A stretch of 64,000 nucleotides of DNA from an uncultured virus (IMG/VR IMGVR_UViG_3300025305_000013) (taxonomy: Duplodnaviria; Heunggongvirae; Uroviricota; Caudoviricetes). This document shows positions 54,731 through 64,000 of this stretch, one piece after another. The position numbers and the translations under genes were made by a program. The DNA is taken from the IMG/VR virus record IMGVR_UViG_3300025305_000013; one strand, 5' to 3'. The notes under the pieces were generated by a model that saw only the letters and a list, made by a program, of their open reading frames with translations, was not told the origin of the DNA and ran no database searches. Each line of letters begins with the position of its first letter. The first letter of the stretch is position 1.

Positions 54731-55273
54731 TTAGTCGTTACCGTAAGTAGAAGCTGGGAATATGAAATACCCTCTAGCGTATTGCGCATTGGCGGTATTA
54801 TCGGGTCTCCCCACATAAGCCACCAATTTTGCTATACCACTAGCGGTAGTCGTAGTCACACCTTCTTTAGAACGGTTGTTGTTAGTATCCCCTGCAGTTG
54901 TAGAAATAGTGTGCACTTTTCCAACATCTGTCTGTGCAGGAGTCCCAGTAAACTGAGCCTCATAGACAATATTTGGATCGGCGTACACATATGCCTTCAT
55001 ATTTGCAGAACCCAGCGTAGCAGTACCAGAGACAAATCTTCGTGTGAAGACTACCTCTCCAGTGGTCTTTTGGTATTCAACACCACCAAACACACCTAGC
55101 GGAGCATCAGTTGCTCCCCCCTGAAGTACATATCCACTTGCGAGCTTTACGACGTCTCCTGAAAAGATATCGCCAGTAGCACCACTTTGGATAGGAAACT
55201 CAGAAGGGCGAATAGTGCCCCCAGCCATGTGATAAGCTGGTGTGAAACCATTTGGATCATTTACATTAGCCAT
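54731..55273 (-). CDS. putative capsid decoration / minor capsid protein
   Basis: MAN...P.GF.P, IF.GD.V, GVF.G..Y, AYV..DP..V.EAQ; directly upstream of MCP. Confidence 0.65.
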   Translation of the reverse strand: MANVNDPNGFTPAYHMAGGTIRPSEFPIQSGATGDIFSGDVVKLASGYVLQGGATDAPLGVFGGVEYQKTTGEVVFTRRFVSGTATLGSANMKAYVYADPNIVYEAQFTGTPAQTDVGKVHTISTTAGDTNNNRSKEGVTTTTASGIAKLVAYVGRPDNTANAQYARGYFIFPASTYGND

Positions 55274-55311
55274 TTATTTCACCTTTAAGTCAATAATAAA
55301 ATTCACGATTC

Positions 55312-55782
55312 TTATGAATCGCCTCCTTTACCAAATGTGATTTGAGTATTCCTATTAGGCTGACTAATAGGCATCCTACTATCACTTTCTCGCATTAAAT
55401 TTGAATCGACTGCCTGCATTTGGTCTGCAGCCATTTTGTTGTAATATGCACGTCGTTGTTCGACGGTTTCGATTGGCATTTTTGCGAGTATCAGCCCTCC
55501 TACTCCGATTACGCCAGCGTGTCTACCTTCTTCAACTGTTGGTGCTTCAAATTCAGGGTGATCTTCTGCTCTCACAGGTTCCCATCCTTCACGAATACGT
55601 TTTGACATATTCGCTTTATCTTCTACTCCAACCATTGATTCCCGTAGCCACCTGTATACATAACCATCTGGGGGCGTTGGTGCGTCTAATAAAGACGGTG
55701 GTTGCCATGGTTTTGGGCGAGCAGTTTTTGCTCGACTATCTGCAGATCTTGGAGTTCGATCTGAATCGGTATTAGCTACCAT
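55312..55782 (-). CDS. conserved head-module protein
   Basis: W.PPS.L.AP.PP.GY..RW.R, REGWEPV, IGVGGL.LA; start reassigned to MVANT. Confidence 0.7.
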   Translation of the reverse strand: MVANTDSDRTPRSADSRAKTARPKPWQPPSLLDAPTPPDGYVYRWLRESMVGVEDKANMSKRIREGWEPVRAEDHPEFEAPTVEEGRHAGVIGVGGLILAKMPIETVEQRRAYYNKMAADQMQAVDSNLMRESDSRMPISQPNRNTQITFGKGGDS

Positions 55783-55792
55783 TTTATCTCCT

Positions 55793-56698
55793 TCACTTAA
55801 CGTGTTTAGCGTATTCTTCAAGTGGTACACCAAGTCTTTTCGCTATTGCAACTTGACTCTGTGACAACTTTACTGTGCGTCCCTTTCCTGTTCTTCCTCT
55901 TGCCCCTCGGCTAGAATTAGCAACATTTTCTTGGACGATATTTACCTGAGAACCCGTTACCTCATCACCTAATTTATGAGGAAACGATTCTGACATTCTT
56001 AGATTCAAGTGTTGATAATATTCATCAGTAGTGGGGTCAAATCCCTCTTGTTCAACTAATTGTCTATGAAACGCAAAAGCACTCGTTGTCATAGCTAAAT
56101 CATTGCCAAACCATACATTTTTTGCAGCCCATTCTTGCGCTTTTGCATCAGGCTGTGGTGGAACAGAAGTTGCATATTGTTGCTGAGGAGGTTGTTGAGC
56201 CACCGGTTGTTGTTCAGTAACCGGTTCCTCTTTTTTTGAGGGTCTAACTCTATTTAAACTCTCAAGTTCTACTGCAAGTTTAGCAACGTCTTTTTGTGCA
56301 GTCAATAATTCATCTGTATCCCCGATATCATGTGCTTTTTTATATCGATTTTCAGCAGAGGAAAGTTGACTTTCAACTCTTGCACTATATTCATCATATA
56401 AGTTTTTATCTTTTTGTGAAAGGGTTGCCTGAGTAGTGTTAAGTTTTTCTTGAACACCTTTAGCGTACTCAAGTGCCGCTACTTCTCTTCTTTCCGCTTC
56501 ACGAACCTTATAGGTAAGTTTATTTATTCGCTTTTTTACAGATTCACTGTAGTTAGCGATTTCTTCCTCACTAGATTCAGGTTCTTTACTTTCTTGAACT
56601 TCATCCGCAACAATCTGTGGAGAGTTTTCTCCTTCTTCTGTTGTTTCTTCTAGTTCAATTTCAACTTCTTCGTCTTCTACTTGCATGGGTTCAGCCAT
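55793..56698 (-). CDS. scaffolding protein
   Basis: Acidic coiled coil, W...N.WFG, C-terminal L...Q..IAKRLGVPLEEYAK. Confidence 0.7.
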   Translation of the reverse strand: MAEPMQVEDEEVEIELEETTEEGENSPQIVADEVQESKEPESSEEEIANYSESVKKRINKLTYKVREAERREVAALEYAKGVQEKLNTTQATLSQKDKNLYDEYSARVESQLSSAENRYKKAHDIGDTDELLTAQKDVAKLAVELESLNRVRPSKKEEPVTEQQPVAQQPPQQQYATSVPPQPDAKAQEWAAKNVWFGNDLAMTTSAFAFHRQLVEQEGFDPTTDEYYQHLNLRMSESFPHKLGDEVTGSQVNIVQENVANSSRGARGRTGKGRTVKLSQSQVAIAKRLGVPLEEYAKHVK

Positions 56699-56722
56699 GA
56701 TTTTTCCTCTAGCATTGCGTGA

Positions 56723-57178
56723 TTATTCTACATCTTCCGGGTTATTCACCACGGCGAGTATTTCATCATCGTTTAATAAGCGCAGGTCTCCTCCATCAAT
56801 TTTGATTCGAGCTCCTGCGTATCTTCCAAAAATAATCCAATCTCTTTCTCGGCACCAAGGACCATTAGGAAATTTACCCTTATCTTTGTAAGCATCTGGC
56901 CCCAACGATACTACAAAACCAACATTAGTTCCTAATCTTTCTTTTTCAACATAGGAGTCTGCTAACCTGATCCCCCCTTTAGTTACCGCTTTTTGGCTAA
57001 ACGGTAATATCAACATTCTATATCCTGTTGGTTTAGGAAGTTTTTCTATAAGAGACTTATCTTCCTGAACAGATTCAGGTGTGAATTCTACTTTATCTTC
57101 TTGGGGGGAAATTTCCCGTATTAACGGAACATGATCTGGGACTGATTTGCCTTGCGGCTGTTTCTTAGCTGACATCAT
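56723..57178 (-). CDS. groES: co-chaperonin GroES-like
   Basis: P.GYR.LI, TKGGI.L, G.V..LGP.AY, FGRYAG, LLNDDEILAV. Confidence 0.85.
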   Translation of the reverse strand: MMSAKKQPQGKSVPDHVPLIREISPQEDKVEFTPESVQEDKSLIEKLPKPTGYRMLILPFSQKAVTKGGIRLADSYVEKERLGTNVGFVVSLGPDAYKDKGKFPNGPWCRERDWIIFGRYAGARIKIDGGDLRLLNDDEILAVVNNPEDVE

Positions 57179-57368
57179 TTTGTTCCTGAATATTTTGCAG
57201 GTCTATTATTATTCTCTCGGCTGAGCTTAGACCTGATAACTCACCAAGAATTCTTTGATACCCCTCCCAATCTTGAACACCCCCTGTCCTTAAAACTTCG
57301 GTAAGGTCTTCTTGTCGCTTGCGAAGTTCCCTTAAAAGTTTTTCGACTAAATATATGGGGTCCATCAT
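57165..57368 (-). CDS. hypothetical protein
   Basis: Helical 67 aa, G...DW..Y..I.GE..GL motif. Confidence 0.7.
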   Translation of the reverse strand: MMDPIYLVEKLLRELRKRQEDLTEVLRTGGVQDWEGYQRILGELSGLSSAERIIIDLQNIQEQNDVS

Positions 57369-57374
57369 GGGGAC

Positions 57375-57527
57375 TTAGTTACTTTTCTTTTTAACCTTGC
57401 CGCCGCCATATTTTTTAACCTTGCCGCCGCCGCCATATTTTTTAACCTTGCCGCCGCCAGCATAGTCTCCACGAGAAGTAGTGCTTTCTCCCCTCACCCA
57501 TCTTTTTCTTTCATTCATTCCTGGCAT
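57375..57527 (-). CDS. small Lys/Gly-rich protein with YxGGGKVKK repeats
   Basis: Start reassigned to MPGM; three tandem units at 57391-57462. Confidence 0.6.
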   Translation of the reverse strand: MPGMNERKRWVRGESTTSRGDYAGGGKVKKYGGGGKVKKYGGGKVKKKSN

Positions 57528-57528
57528 T

Positions 57529-57726
57529 TTACCTTGCTCCACTAGGGCTTGAATTAAATTTTGTGCCCTTAGTTGCTGCGCCCTTGCCCTGAACTGTCTT
57601 TTGCCCTTGACCAAAAACACTCTTGCTGGTAGAGTTTAAAACAGTAGTGCCTTTAACCGGCTTACCAAGATCAATCTTTCTAGGAGCGGGAAAACTCACC
57701 TTTTTGTACTTAGTCGTATTTTTCAT
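57529..57726 (-). CDS. small basic virion protein
   Basis: G.GAATKG.KF motif; directly after portal. Confidence 0.7.
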   Translation of the reverse strand: MKNTTKYKKVSFPAPRKIDLGKPVKGTTVLNSTSKSVFGQGQKTVQGKGAATKGTKFNSSPSGAR

Positions 57727-60135
57727 TTAATCACCTTTCGTCTCTGTATCAGATGATCTTACATCTTTCAATATCTGACCATACGTTTTACTGATATCAC
57801 CTTGTGCTTTCAACAAGGCTTCTTCTCTATCTTGAGCAACCTTCATTTCTGCAATTGCTTCTTGGGATTCTATCTTAGCTTGATCAACCCTTGCCCGTAA
57901 AGCATCACCTTGAGCTCTTTGTGCTATCTCTTCCTTCTTAAGTTCTACAATCGGATCCATTTGAGCATTTTGCTGAGCTTCGATAAGAGCTTGTTGCTGA
58001 CCTGTAACCTGCTGAGCGGCATTAGCGGCAGCTAGAGCAATTTCATTCATGAGTTGCTGAGCTTGCTCTTCTGGCATTCTTTGTATTTGATCAAGCGGCG
58101 GTAGTTGTTGTCCAAGAGCTTGTTCTATCTGCTGCTTATAGACCATAGCTGTATGTTCTTGTACATTGGCCTGTATTGACTGTAGCGCCACGGGATTTTG
58201 CTGCATCATTGGATTTTGTAAAAATGCACCATGTGCCGCTATATAAGCATCATGATTTTGAAACTCAAATGCCTTAATAGGTTGCCCCATCATTGCGGCC
58301 TGTTGTTCACTTATCGGGTCTCGAGGGGGAACTTCTGGTGGAGGCGGTAAAATTAGTTCTATATTCTTAACTTCTAATGCCTCGTACATTCTTTTATAGG
58401 CTTCTCGCAAATTATGTATATCTGGAGCAGCTTGGGCCATTTGTAGTTCTTGTTGCGCTAACATTACCCGTTGCGCCATACTAAATATGTTAGGATCACT
58501 GACTGGTATAATATCTACCCGATCATCAAAATCTGCTTGTTTTATTTCTTGATTTCCACCGGCCACTGCGTATGGGTAAATTGGGGGGAGTGATCGAGAA
58601 AAGACACTAGCTAGGAGTCTAAATTCCTTCTTTTGAGCAAAATGAAGACGTTTATGTATAGCGGACATTACTTTTGTGCCACGCTCTAACATAGCCACTG
58701 TTGTGCCTACGGGCAGCTGTTGACTGCCAATATCTCCAACTTGCATGTCTGCAATAGAGGCAAATCGTCTACCAGAATCAATAAGAACACCTAATAATTG
58801 ACTAAGTACCGCGCTAGGCTCTTTATAGGGTAGTGGCATCAATGCATCACGAATTGTGCCGCCTGGAACGTCTATATCCCTGAATTCTCCGGGTCTTAAG
58901 GGCTCATCTTCCCCTTGAACCCGCATTCCACGTGCTTTAAAGCCTGCGGGGAGGTTACTTAGCGTCCCTGCGTCAATTAATTGCCTTAAAACGGACGTTG
59001 CGGACTTTGTAAGTCCTCCAATCATGTGAATCAGGCCAAATCCGTAAAATCCAAGCCCCGGAAGGAACTTATAGTGTACAAAATACTCTTTTTTTCGGAA
59101 TAATTCGTCACCTTGTTGCCAATTTCGCCTAATTGAGAGAATTTCGCCATTATCTTCAAGGATTGTGACGATATAAGGCACCGCAAAGTCATATTCATCA
59201 ACGCCGTCTAGCTCTAGATTCACATGAATTTCTAATAAAGTGTATTCATCGGAATCATTGGTCGGTTTGGACAACCCCTGAAGCTCATCTATCTTATCTT
59301 TTGCCTCATCTAAGGTCATTTCTCCCGGATTACCAATCTCAATATCCCTATACGCTCCGCTTAGTTGCATTTTGCGGACGTCATTACCGGTCATATTGAT
59401 AGTGTGAGAGATTCTTGGGCTGGTTTCTAGATTAGTTGTGTCATAACTGACTACTAAATCCTCCGCTTTTACAAAAGCAGACGTCGCACGGCCCAATAAT
59501 GAATCAAAAAATACTTTTTTAAATGCACTTCCCGCCAAAGGTAGATAGAAAAGCAAACTATCCATATCTGGATCATATTCTTCCATCACTTCGGTGATTT
59601 GGTAGTTCATATACTCCTTTACACGCTGACATTGTGCCATCGTTTCAGGAGATTCTGCGCCCACTATATTAGTAGCGACTGGACCATTAGCTGGGAGGAG
59701 TTCTTTATAGGCTTGAGCTTGAAATTGTGTTGCGGCTTCCGCAAGTAGCGGGTGAGTTACTCCACTCGCCCCCGGAAACGGCATATCTCGGTCTTCTGTT
59801 TTAATGCCGAGGAGATCTAACCCCTTACTAAAGGCATCTAACCAATCTTCACGAGACGTTTTATCTTCTTCGTAGGCTGAGGTTAATTCAGAAGAAATTT
59901 CTTGTAGGACGTTTGGCTCTAGAACTTCGGTTAGATTTGTGGTGTGCTCGTTTTCTTGTGTTTGTACTGTATCGTCTAGAGCAACCATTTCTCCATCTGG
60001 GCCAACTTGAAATTCTACCCCGTTAGCCGTAGGATCTTCTTCAGGAACTTGTATAGTTAACTCTTCCTCATCATCTGGTTGCTTGAGAAAAGGAGAAGTT
60101 CCTTTATTCGGATATCTTTGGACTTCTATCGCCAT
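57727..60135 (-). CDS. portal protein
   Basis: SRE.W, PFPGASGV.HP.L.EA..QF, LPLAGSAFKK, F.PG.GFYG.GL, RQL.DAGT..N; Gln-rich barrel tail. Confidence 0.9.
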   Translation of the reverse strand: MAIEVQRYPNKGTSPFLKQPDDEEELTIQVPEEDPTANGVEFQVGPDGEMVALDDTVQTQENEHTTNLTEVLEPNVLQEISSELTSAYEEDKTSREDWLDAFSKGLDLLGIKTEDRDMPFPGASGVTHPLLAEAATQFQAQAYKELLPANGPVATNIVGAESPETMAQCQRVKEYMNYQITEVMEEYDPDMDSLLFYLPLAGSAFKKVFFDSLLGRATSAFVKAEDLVVSYDTTNLETSPRISHTINMTGNDVRKMQLSGAYRDIEIGNPGEMTLDEAKDKIDELQGLSKPTNDSDEYTLLEIHVNLELDGVDEYDFAVPYIVTILEDNGEILSIRRNWQQGDELFRKKEYFVHYKFLPGLGFYGFGLIHMIGGLTKSATSVLRQLIDAGTLSNLPAGFKARGMRVQGEDEPLRPGEFRDIDVPGGTIRDALMPLPYKEPSAVLSQLLGVLIDSGRRFASIADMQVGDIGSQQLPVGTTVAMLERGTKVMSAIHKRLHFAQKKEFRLLASVFSRSLPPIYPYAVAGGNQEIKQADFDDRVDIIPVSDPNIFSMAQRVMLAQQELQMAQAAPDIHNLREAYKRMYEALEVKNIELILPPPPEVPPRDPISEQQAAMMGQPIKAFEFQNHDAYIAAHGAFLQNPMMQQNPVALQSIQANVQEHTAMVYKQQIEQALGQQLPPLDQIQRMPEEQAQQLMNEIALAAANAAQQVTGQQQALIEAQQNAQMDPIVELKKEEIAQRAQGDALRARVDQAKIESQEAIAEMKVAQDREEALLKAQGDISKTYGQILKDVRSSDTETKGD

Positions 60136-60157
60136 AGTTTACGTTACCGTTATAAGT

Positions 60158-61678
60158 TCAATAATAGCTTATTTTCTTTTTGTATAATACTTCTTCTTCA
60201 TAATCACTGGGTAACTTAATAAATCCACCTTGCCTGAATCTCATGAGAGCTTGGGTAGTGGAATCCACTAAATCATCATGGTCTCCGGCGGGGAACGCTG
60301 CACATTCTTCAATTACATCGTGTGCCCAGTTTGTATCAGGGTACCAAACCATCCCAGATTCAAATAACGGAGCACAACTATTAACTCTGGCTACTTTGTC
60401 GCTGCCTTTTGATGGTGTGAAGTTCTGAACAGGAATCCCTACATTACGCAACTCCTGAGTAAGCGGCATACCCGATGCTTTACCCTCAATAATCACTATA
60501 TCAGGTTTATGGTGTTCATATTGTTTAAAGGCTTGACCTTTAAGTTCCGGGAAATTATATCGACCCTTAACCACGTCTATTAAAATAATATGAGGAGCAT
60601 CACCATTATATATTTCGTCTCCACCTAAACGTCCTTCTGGATAAAATACTCCCCATGTGGTTATTGCTGAATAGTCTGCCATCTCTGATTTTAAAAATGC
60701 TGTGTCATAACTTTGGATAATATAGTCGCATTTAGGAGGCTTACTATTTGGCCATTCCATCCACCACTCCCGCTTAATTAATGCCCCTTCCTCGGAGGTC
60801 GGATTTTGCATGTATTGGGCGTGCCACTTTGGACCGCCTCTTAAACTTGCCTGAACACTTTCTAATTCTTCAATTGACCAATATTCTGGCCACAGTGCTT
60901 TACCGCTGGGCATTATTGCGGGAAGTTCGATTAACTCCCACTGGTCTGCTTTAGGATCTCGTGCCGCGTCTTTCAGTAATCTACCTGTTAAATCATTGAC
61001 GTTCCACCGAGTCATGACTATGACTATAGCTCCTCCCGGCTGTAACCTTTGGCGGGGACCGCTAGTGTACCACTCATAGACATCTTCCATGGACTTGGGG
61101 TTCAAGGCGTCTTGTTCTGAATGAGGGTCATCAATAATAAACAAATCCGCACCACGACCCGCCAAAGCACCCCCCACTCCCGCAGCATAATACTCCCCCT
61201 TTAACTTAGGATTATTCGTGTCTTGGGTTTCCCATTTTCCCGCTGCCTTACTGTCTGGATTAATGGTTACGGAATCAAATATCTTCTTAAAATCCTCCAT
61301 TAGCATCAAATCTCGAATCTTACGACCAAACTTCACCGCCAAATCTGCGGTATGGGTTGCTTGTAAGATCTTGAGCGACGGATTACGGCCCACGAGATAT
61401 GCAGGAAACATATGAGACGCAAATTCAGACTTCGTGTGCCGTGGCGGCATATTAATGATTAATCGCTTTATCTTGCCAGTAGCAATACGATCAAAAGCCT
61501 CGGCCATGGTTTTGTGGTGAGCACCTTGTATAAAACTAGGCCATTGGCTCTTAACGAAGTCTAGAAAATTATTTTGACAGGTCTCTACCCGTTCAATCTC
61601 AGCTAACCTTTCGGAGAGCTCTAGGTGTTCTTTTAATACGTCTTCGGGTAATTGTTCTAGTTCAGAACGAGTCGTCAT
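60158..61678 (-). CDS. terL: terminase large subunit
   Basis: INMPPRHTKS Walker A, IIDDP Walker B, MTRW, SYDTA, DYSA, HDDLVDS nuclease. Confidence 0.95.
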   Translation of the reverse strand: MTTRSELEQLPEDVLKEHLELSERLAEIERVETCQNNFLDFVKSQWPSFIQGAHHKTMAEAFDRIATGKIKRLIINMPPRHTKSEFASHMFPAYLVGRNPSLKILQATHTADLAVKFGRKIRDLMLMEDFKKIFDSVTINPDSKAAGKWETQDTNNPKLKGEYYAAGVGGALAGRGADLFIIDDPHSEQDALNPKSMEDVYEWYTSGPRQRLQPGGAIVIVMTRWNVNDLTGRLLKDAARDPKADQWELIELPAIMPSGKALWPEYWSIEELESVQASLRGGPKWHAQYMQNPTSEEGALIKREWWMEWPNSKPPKCDYIIQSYDTAFLKSEMADYSAITTWGVFYPEGRLGGDEIYNGDAPHIILIDVVKGRYNFPELKGQAFKQYEHHKPDIVIIEGKASGMPLTQELRNVGIPVQNFTPSKGSDKVARVNSCAPLFESGMVWYPDTNWAHDVIEECAAFPAGDHDDLVDSTTQALMRFRQGGFIKLPSDYEEEVLYKKKISYY

Positions 61679-61687
61679 ACATTAGTC

Positions 61688-62314
61688 CTAATACCGAAGA
61701 GGCATTAATTGGCCACCCATATTATACTCCTGTGTAAACCCGTATTTTTCTAATACGGGTTCGTATCTTTCTTTGTTTAAGTGTATGCCTTCCACTGATT
61801 CAGGGTCTCTATATCGGTCATAGTGTAGATCTTTAAGAACTTGTCCTATACCACTCCTCTGTTTCCAATATGGGCTTTCTATTTGATCTAAGTCCCCCCC
61901 GCTCATACCAACATCATAAAGTTCGTCTAAATACTTTTTATTTTCTTCTTCAGAAACAAACTCAGGGACATGACTCCATAACCTACTAGGAATGGTACTG
62001 GTTTTTTCTTTTAATGTTTCATAAGCACCTGATAAAGCTGTTGAAAAAGGGGTTTCTCTTAGTTGATCTATGTGTTTTACTTCTTCAGTTATAAATTCCT
62101 TAAACGCTTCAGGTGTTTCTCTAGCAGCCTTAGGAACATAAATAGTTAATTCGCCTGAAGGATTCCACCAACTACTGGGTCCGATGTGTCCTCTAGGGTG
62201 GGTTCCTCTCATCTTCAGTAAAAAATTCTTTATGGAATTTTCGTCTTCATCATAATCAACTATTCTAATATTATGCTTGGCTAAATTTTCTGTAATTTTA
62301 TTTACTTCGGACAC
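61688..62314 (-). CDS. hypothetical protein, probably packaged
   Basis: 208 aa; EEVKH (degenerate HExxH); C-terminal YNMGGQLMPLRY tag. Confidence 0.6.
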   Translation of the reverse strand: MSEVNKITENLAKHNIRIVDYDEDENSIKNFLLKMRGTHPRGHIGPSSWWNPSGELTIYVPKAARETPEAFKEFITEEVKHIDQLRETPFSTALSGAYETLKEKTSTIPSRLWSHVPEFVSEEENKKYLDELYDVGMSGGDLDQIESPYWKQRSGIGQVLKDLHYDRYRDPESVEGIHLNKERYEPVLEKYGFTQEYNMGGQLMPLRY

Positions 62315-62329
62315 TAGATTTTCCTAAAA

Positions 62330-64000
62330 TCAATACTTAAGATTCATTAAAGGTTTTTTGTACACAGCCCCACCGTCCTTAAATACAACTGTTTTAAATA
62401 TTTCTTTAAGTTCTGGTGTTAACACTATTTCTAAAAACTCATTCCTATTTCCGTCGGTTACTTGTTCGGTCTTAAGTTCGATGCCGTATTCGGCTTCTAT
62501 ACGCTTTAAGCCGTCTTCAATACGTTTCTTATATATTGGGGCGAGTGCTTGAGCTGCCCGTCCGGGGTCATAATTTGTTTCATAACCTTCCCCCCAATTT
62601 GAAGTATCGGGGTACTCCGGGATTGGCTCTTCGTAGTCTCGTGCTCTAACTGGTCTGACCCTTGCGCCGGTTTGGTTTGTTATGGCGTAATCATTCATAG
62701 GAAAACGAACCGTATCTGCGCCTTGTTCTACGGCTTCGTTCAGGGATGTTTTCATATAGAGGGGGAACCATTCTTTAAAAAGAGGAGCGGGAGGTACCTC
62801 ATCGACTGTCCTTCCTACAACCATTCGAGAAAATTTTGGAGAATATTTTTGTAGATTATCTGCTCTTGCGAGTCGTACAGCATTATATACCCTAGAAGAA
62901 ATAGGACTCCCTGGCTCCGCAATGGTAGGTAAACTGGTAGGTGACTCATCAAGGTTAAAGCGAGTTTGGATCTCTTTCATTCTACGTTGGAAGTCTTGCT
63001 GTTGTTCTCGAGCAAGATTTTTCCAATCTTCTATAGTATGCCCTGACTTATTGAGTACTTCTGTGAATTCATCGTAACTTGGCCAGTGAGTTGTACCACG
63101 TGACCACGCCTGATCATGTAAGAAGAGTTGCAACCCCAGTTCGTCGGGATTCTGGAGTCCTGTGACTGCGTCGTACTCTGACGCCGATGTAAGAAAAGAT
63201 TCTATATTTTCCATAAACATAGGATCCCCCAATTGACTCGGATCATAGGGATCTGGCACTGTTCTTTCGAGCATTCCTCTTGTGATATTAGGAGGAAACA
63301 TACCAACATGACTCTCGATATCTAGTTTTGCGGCATTTGGGGACGTCCCCATCTCATAAATACCGGATTGTCCTTCACCGGCAATATAAACTCTTTGATC
63401 GTTTATGTCATACATAGCTCCACGAGTAGTAAATATACGATTAGGTACATTTCGAATATGGTCCAGTTCGATATTTTCGTCAAACGGGCCTTGTTGCAAA
63501 GACCCGTCGGGTCTGGTCCGGAGACTGGAACCTGTGCCAACTTCTCTGTGTCCTGGGTCATTCAATAGTGTTGGCCTCCCCCAAGATTTTAGAACTTCGT
63601 CGGAAGGATTATAGGACCAACTAGATTCTAAATAGCGATTAGGATGCACTTGTGACATTGCCTGTTCCCAGTTGGCCGGGCTCGGGTGTTCGGGTATGTT
63701 GGGCATCAGATCTGAGTAAGCAGATTCGTCGGGCCAGTCGGGATCGTCTATTCTTGAATCTTCTAGAAAGTTTTGTCTTAGGGTAGGCTTATTTTTGCCT
63801 ATATTGTCCAGTATTTCTTGTATTGTTGCTTTTTTACCACGGAGCTCAGGCGAAATCCATTCGTTTAATTGACTTTCTACTGTGGTGCGTATTGGTCCTG
63901 GGGACTTGGCTTTGGTGCTTTTTATAACCTCTTCAACATCGTAGGCTTTATCAGGGTTCCTAAAATCTGGGTTACTGAGGAGTTGTCTTTCGGCGTTGGT
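62330..64000 (-). CDS. large hypothetical (polyvalent-like) protein, 5' end outside window
   Basis: Frame stays open from 64000 through ATG 63706; APLFKEW...K..L.EA..QG.D.V.FP; C-terminal FKDGGAV...MNLKY. Confidence 0.65.
   Translation of the reverse strand, partial: TNAERQLLSNPDFRNPDKAYDVEEVIKSTKAKSPGPIRTTVESQLNEWISPELRGKKATIQEILDNIGKNKPTLRQNFLEDSRIDDPDWPDESAYSDLMPNIPEHPSPANWEQAMSQVHPNRYLESSWSYNPSDEVLKSWGRPTLLNDPGHREVGTGSSLRTRPDGSLQQGPFDENIELDHIRNVPNRIFTTRGAMYDINDQRVYIAGEGQSGIYEMGTSPNAAKLDIESHVGMFPPNITRGMLERTVPDPYDPSQLGDPMFMENIESFLTSASEYDAVTGLQNPDELGLQLFLHDQAWSRGTTHWPSYDEFTEVLNKSGHTIEDWKNLAREQQQDFQRRMKEIQTRFNLDESPTSLPTIAEPGSPISSRVYNAVRLARADNLQKYSPKFSRMVVGRTVDEVPPAPLFKEWFPLYMKTSLNEAVEQGADTVRFPMNDYAITNQTGARVRPVRARDYEEPIPEYPDTSNWGEGYETNYDPGRAAQALAPIYKKRIEDGLKRIEAEYGIELKTEQVTDGNRNEFLEIVLTPELKEIFKTVVFKDGGAVYKKPLMNLKY

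Noticed and set aside
61688..62314. Active zinc metalloprotease
   Set aside because: The motif reads EEVKH rather than HExxH, so activity is unsupported.
26319..63614. Plus-strand and nested alternative-frame ORFs in the structural region (e.g. 28438, 31350, 46275-48056, 48609, 54782, 55401, 56685)
   Set aside because: Shadow frames produced by Gly/Ala/Thr-rich repetitive coding on the opposite strand.
1..64000. Alternative genetic code or introns/inteins in PolA, TerL or helicases
   Set aside because: Core genes are full length and uninterrupted under the standard code.

Overview
The window is a large part of a tailed dsDNA phage genome, probably a podovirus of a marine or aquatic Proteobacterium (host and morphology are inferred). 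Almost all genes lie on the minus strand. Layout: (1) 1-2.1 kb is a control region with strong sigma70-like promoters (TTTACT-N17-TATACT/TATAAT), two paralogous small basic genes, 22-bp tandem arrays and a CATG/GATC-dense non-coding block. (2) 2.1-12.2 kb holds small early/middle genes, many behind a repeated phage-specific promoter motif (CCTAGGGAAGGA), plus a cytidylyltransferase, a displaced TerS-like gene, a 2OG-Fe(II) oxygenase, DUF932, a resolvase and a sigma4-like HTH. (3) 12.2-25 kb is replication (PolA, exonuclease, UvrD, primase, SNF2 helicase) with an embedded thymidine hypermodification cassette: TS-like dUMP hydroxymethylase, GT-A glycosyltransferase, Nmad1, 5-hmdU DNA kinase-like protein and AlkB-like oxygenase. 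(4) 25-37 kb encodes internal/ejection virion proteins. (5) 37-44 kb has lysis genes contiguous with a curli (csgF, csgG, two curlins), FecR and CHASE2-adenylate cyclase module. (6) 44-64 kb covers tail fibre, adaptors, major capsid, scaffold, GroES, portal and TerL. The most striking signal is that the early promoters and first gene almost completely exclude TG/TC (CA/GA) dinucleotides, while adjacent non-coding blocks are packed with them. This suggests the genome is patterned by the sequence context of its own T-hypermodification system. All family assignments are by eye from motifs; no searches were run.
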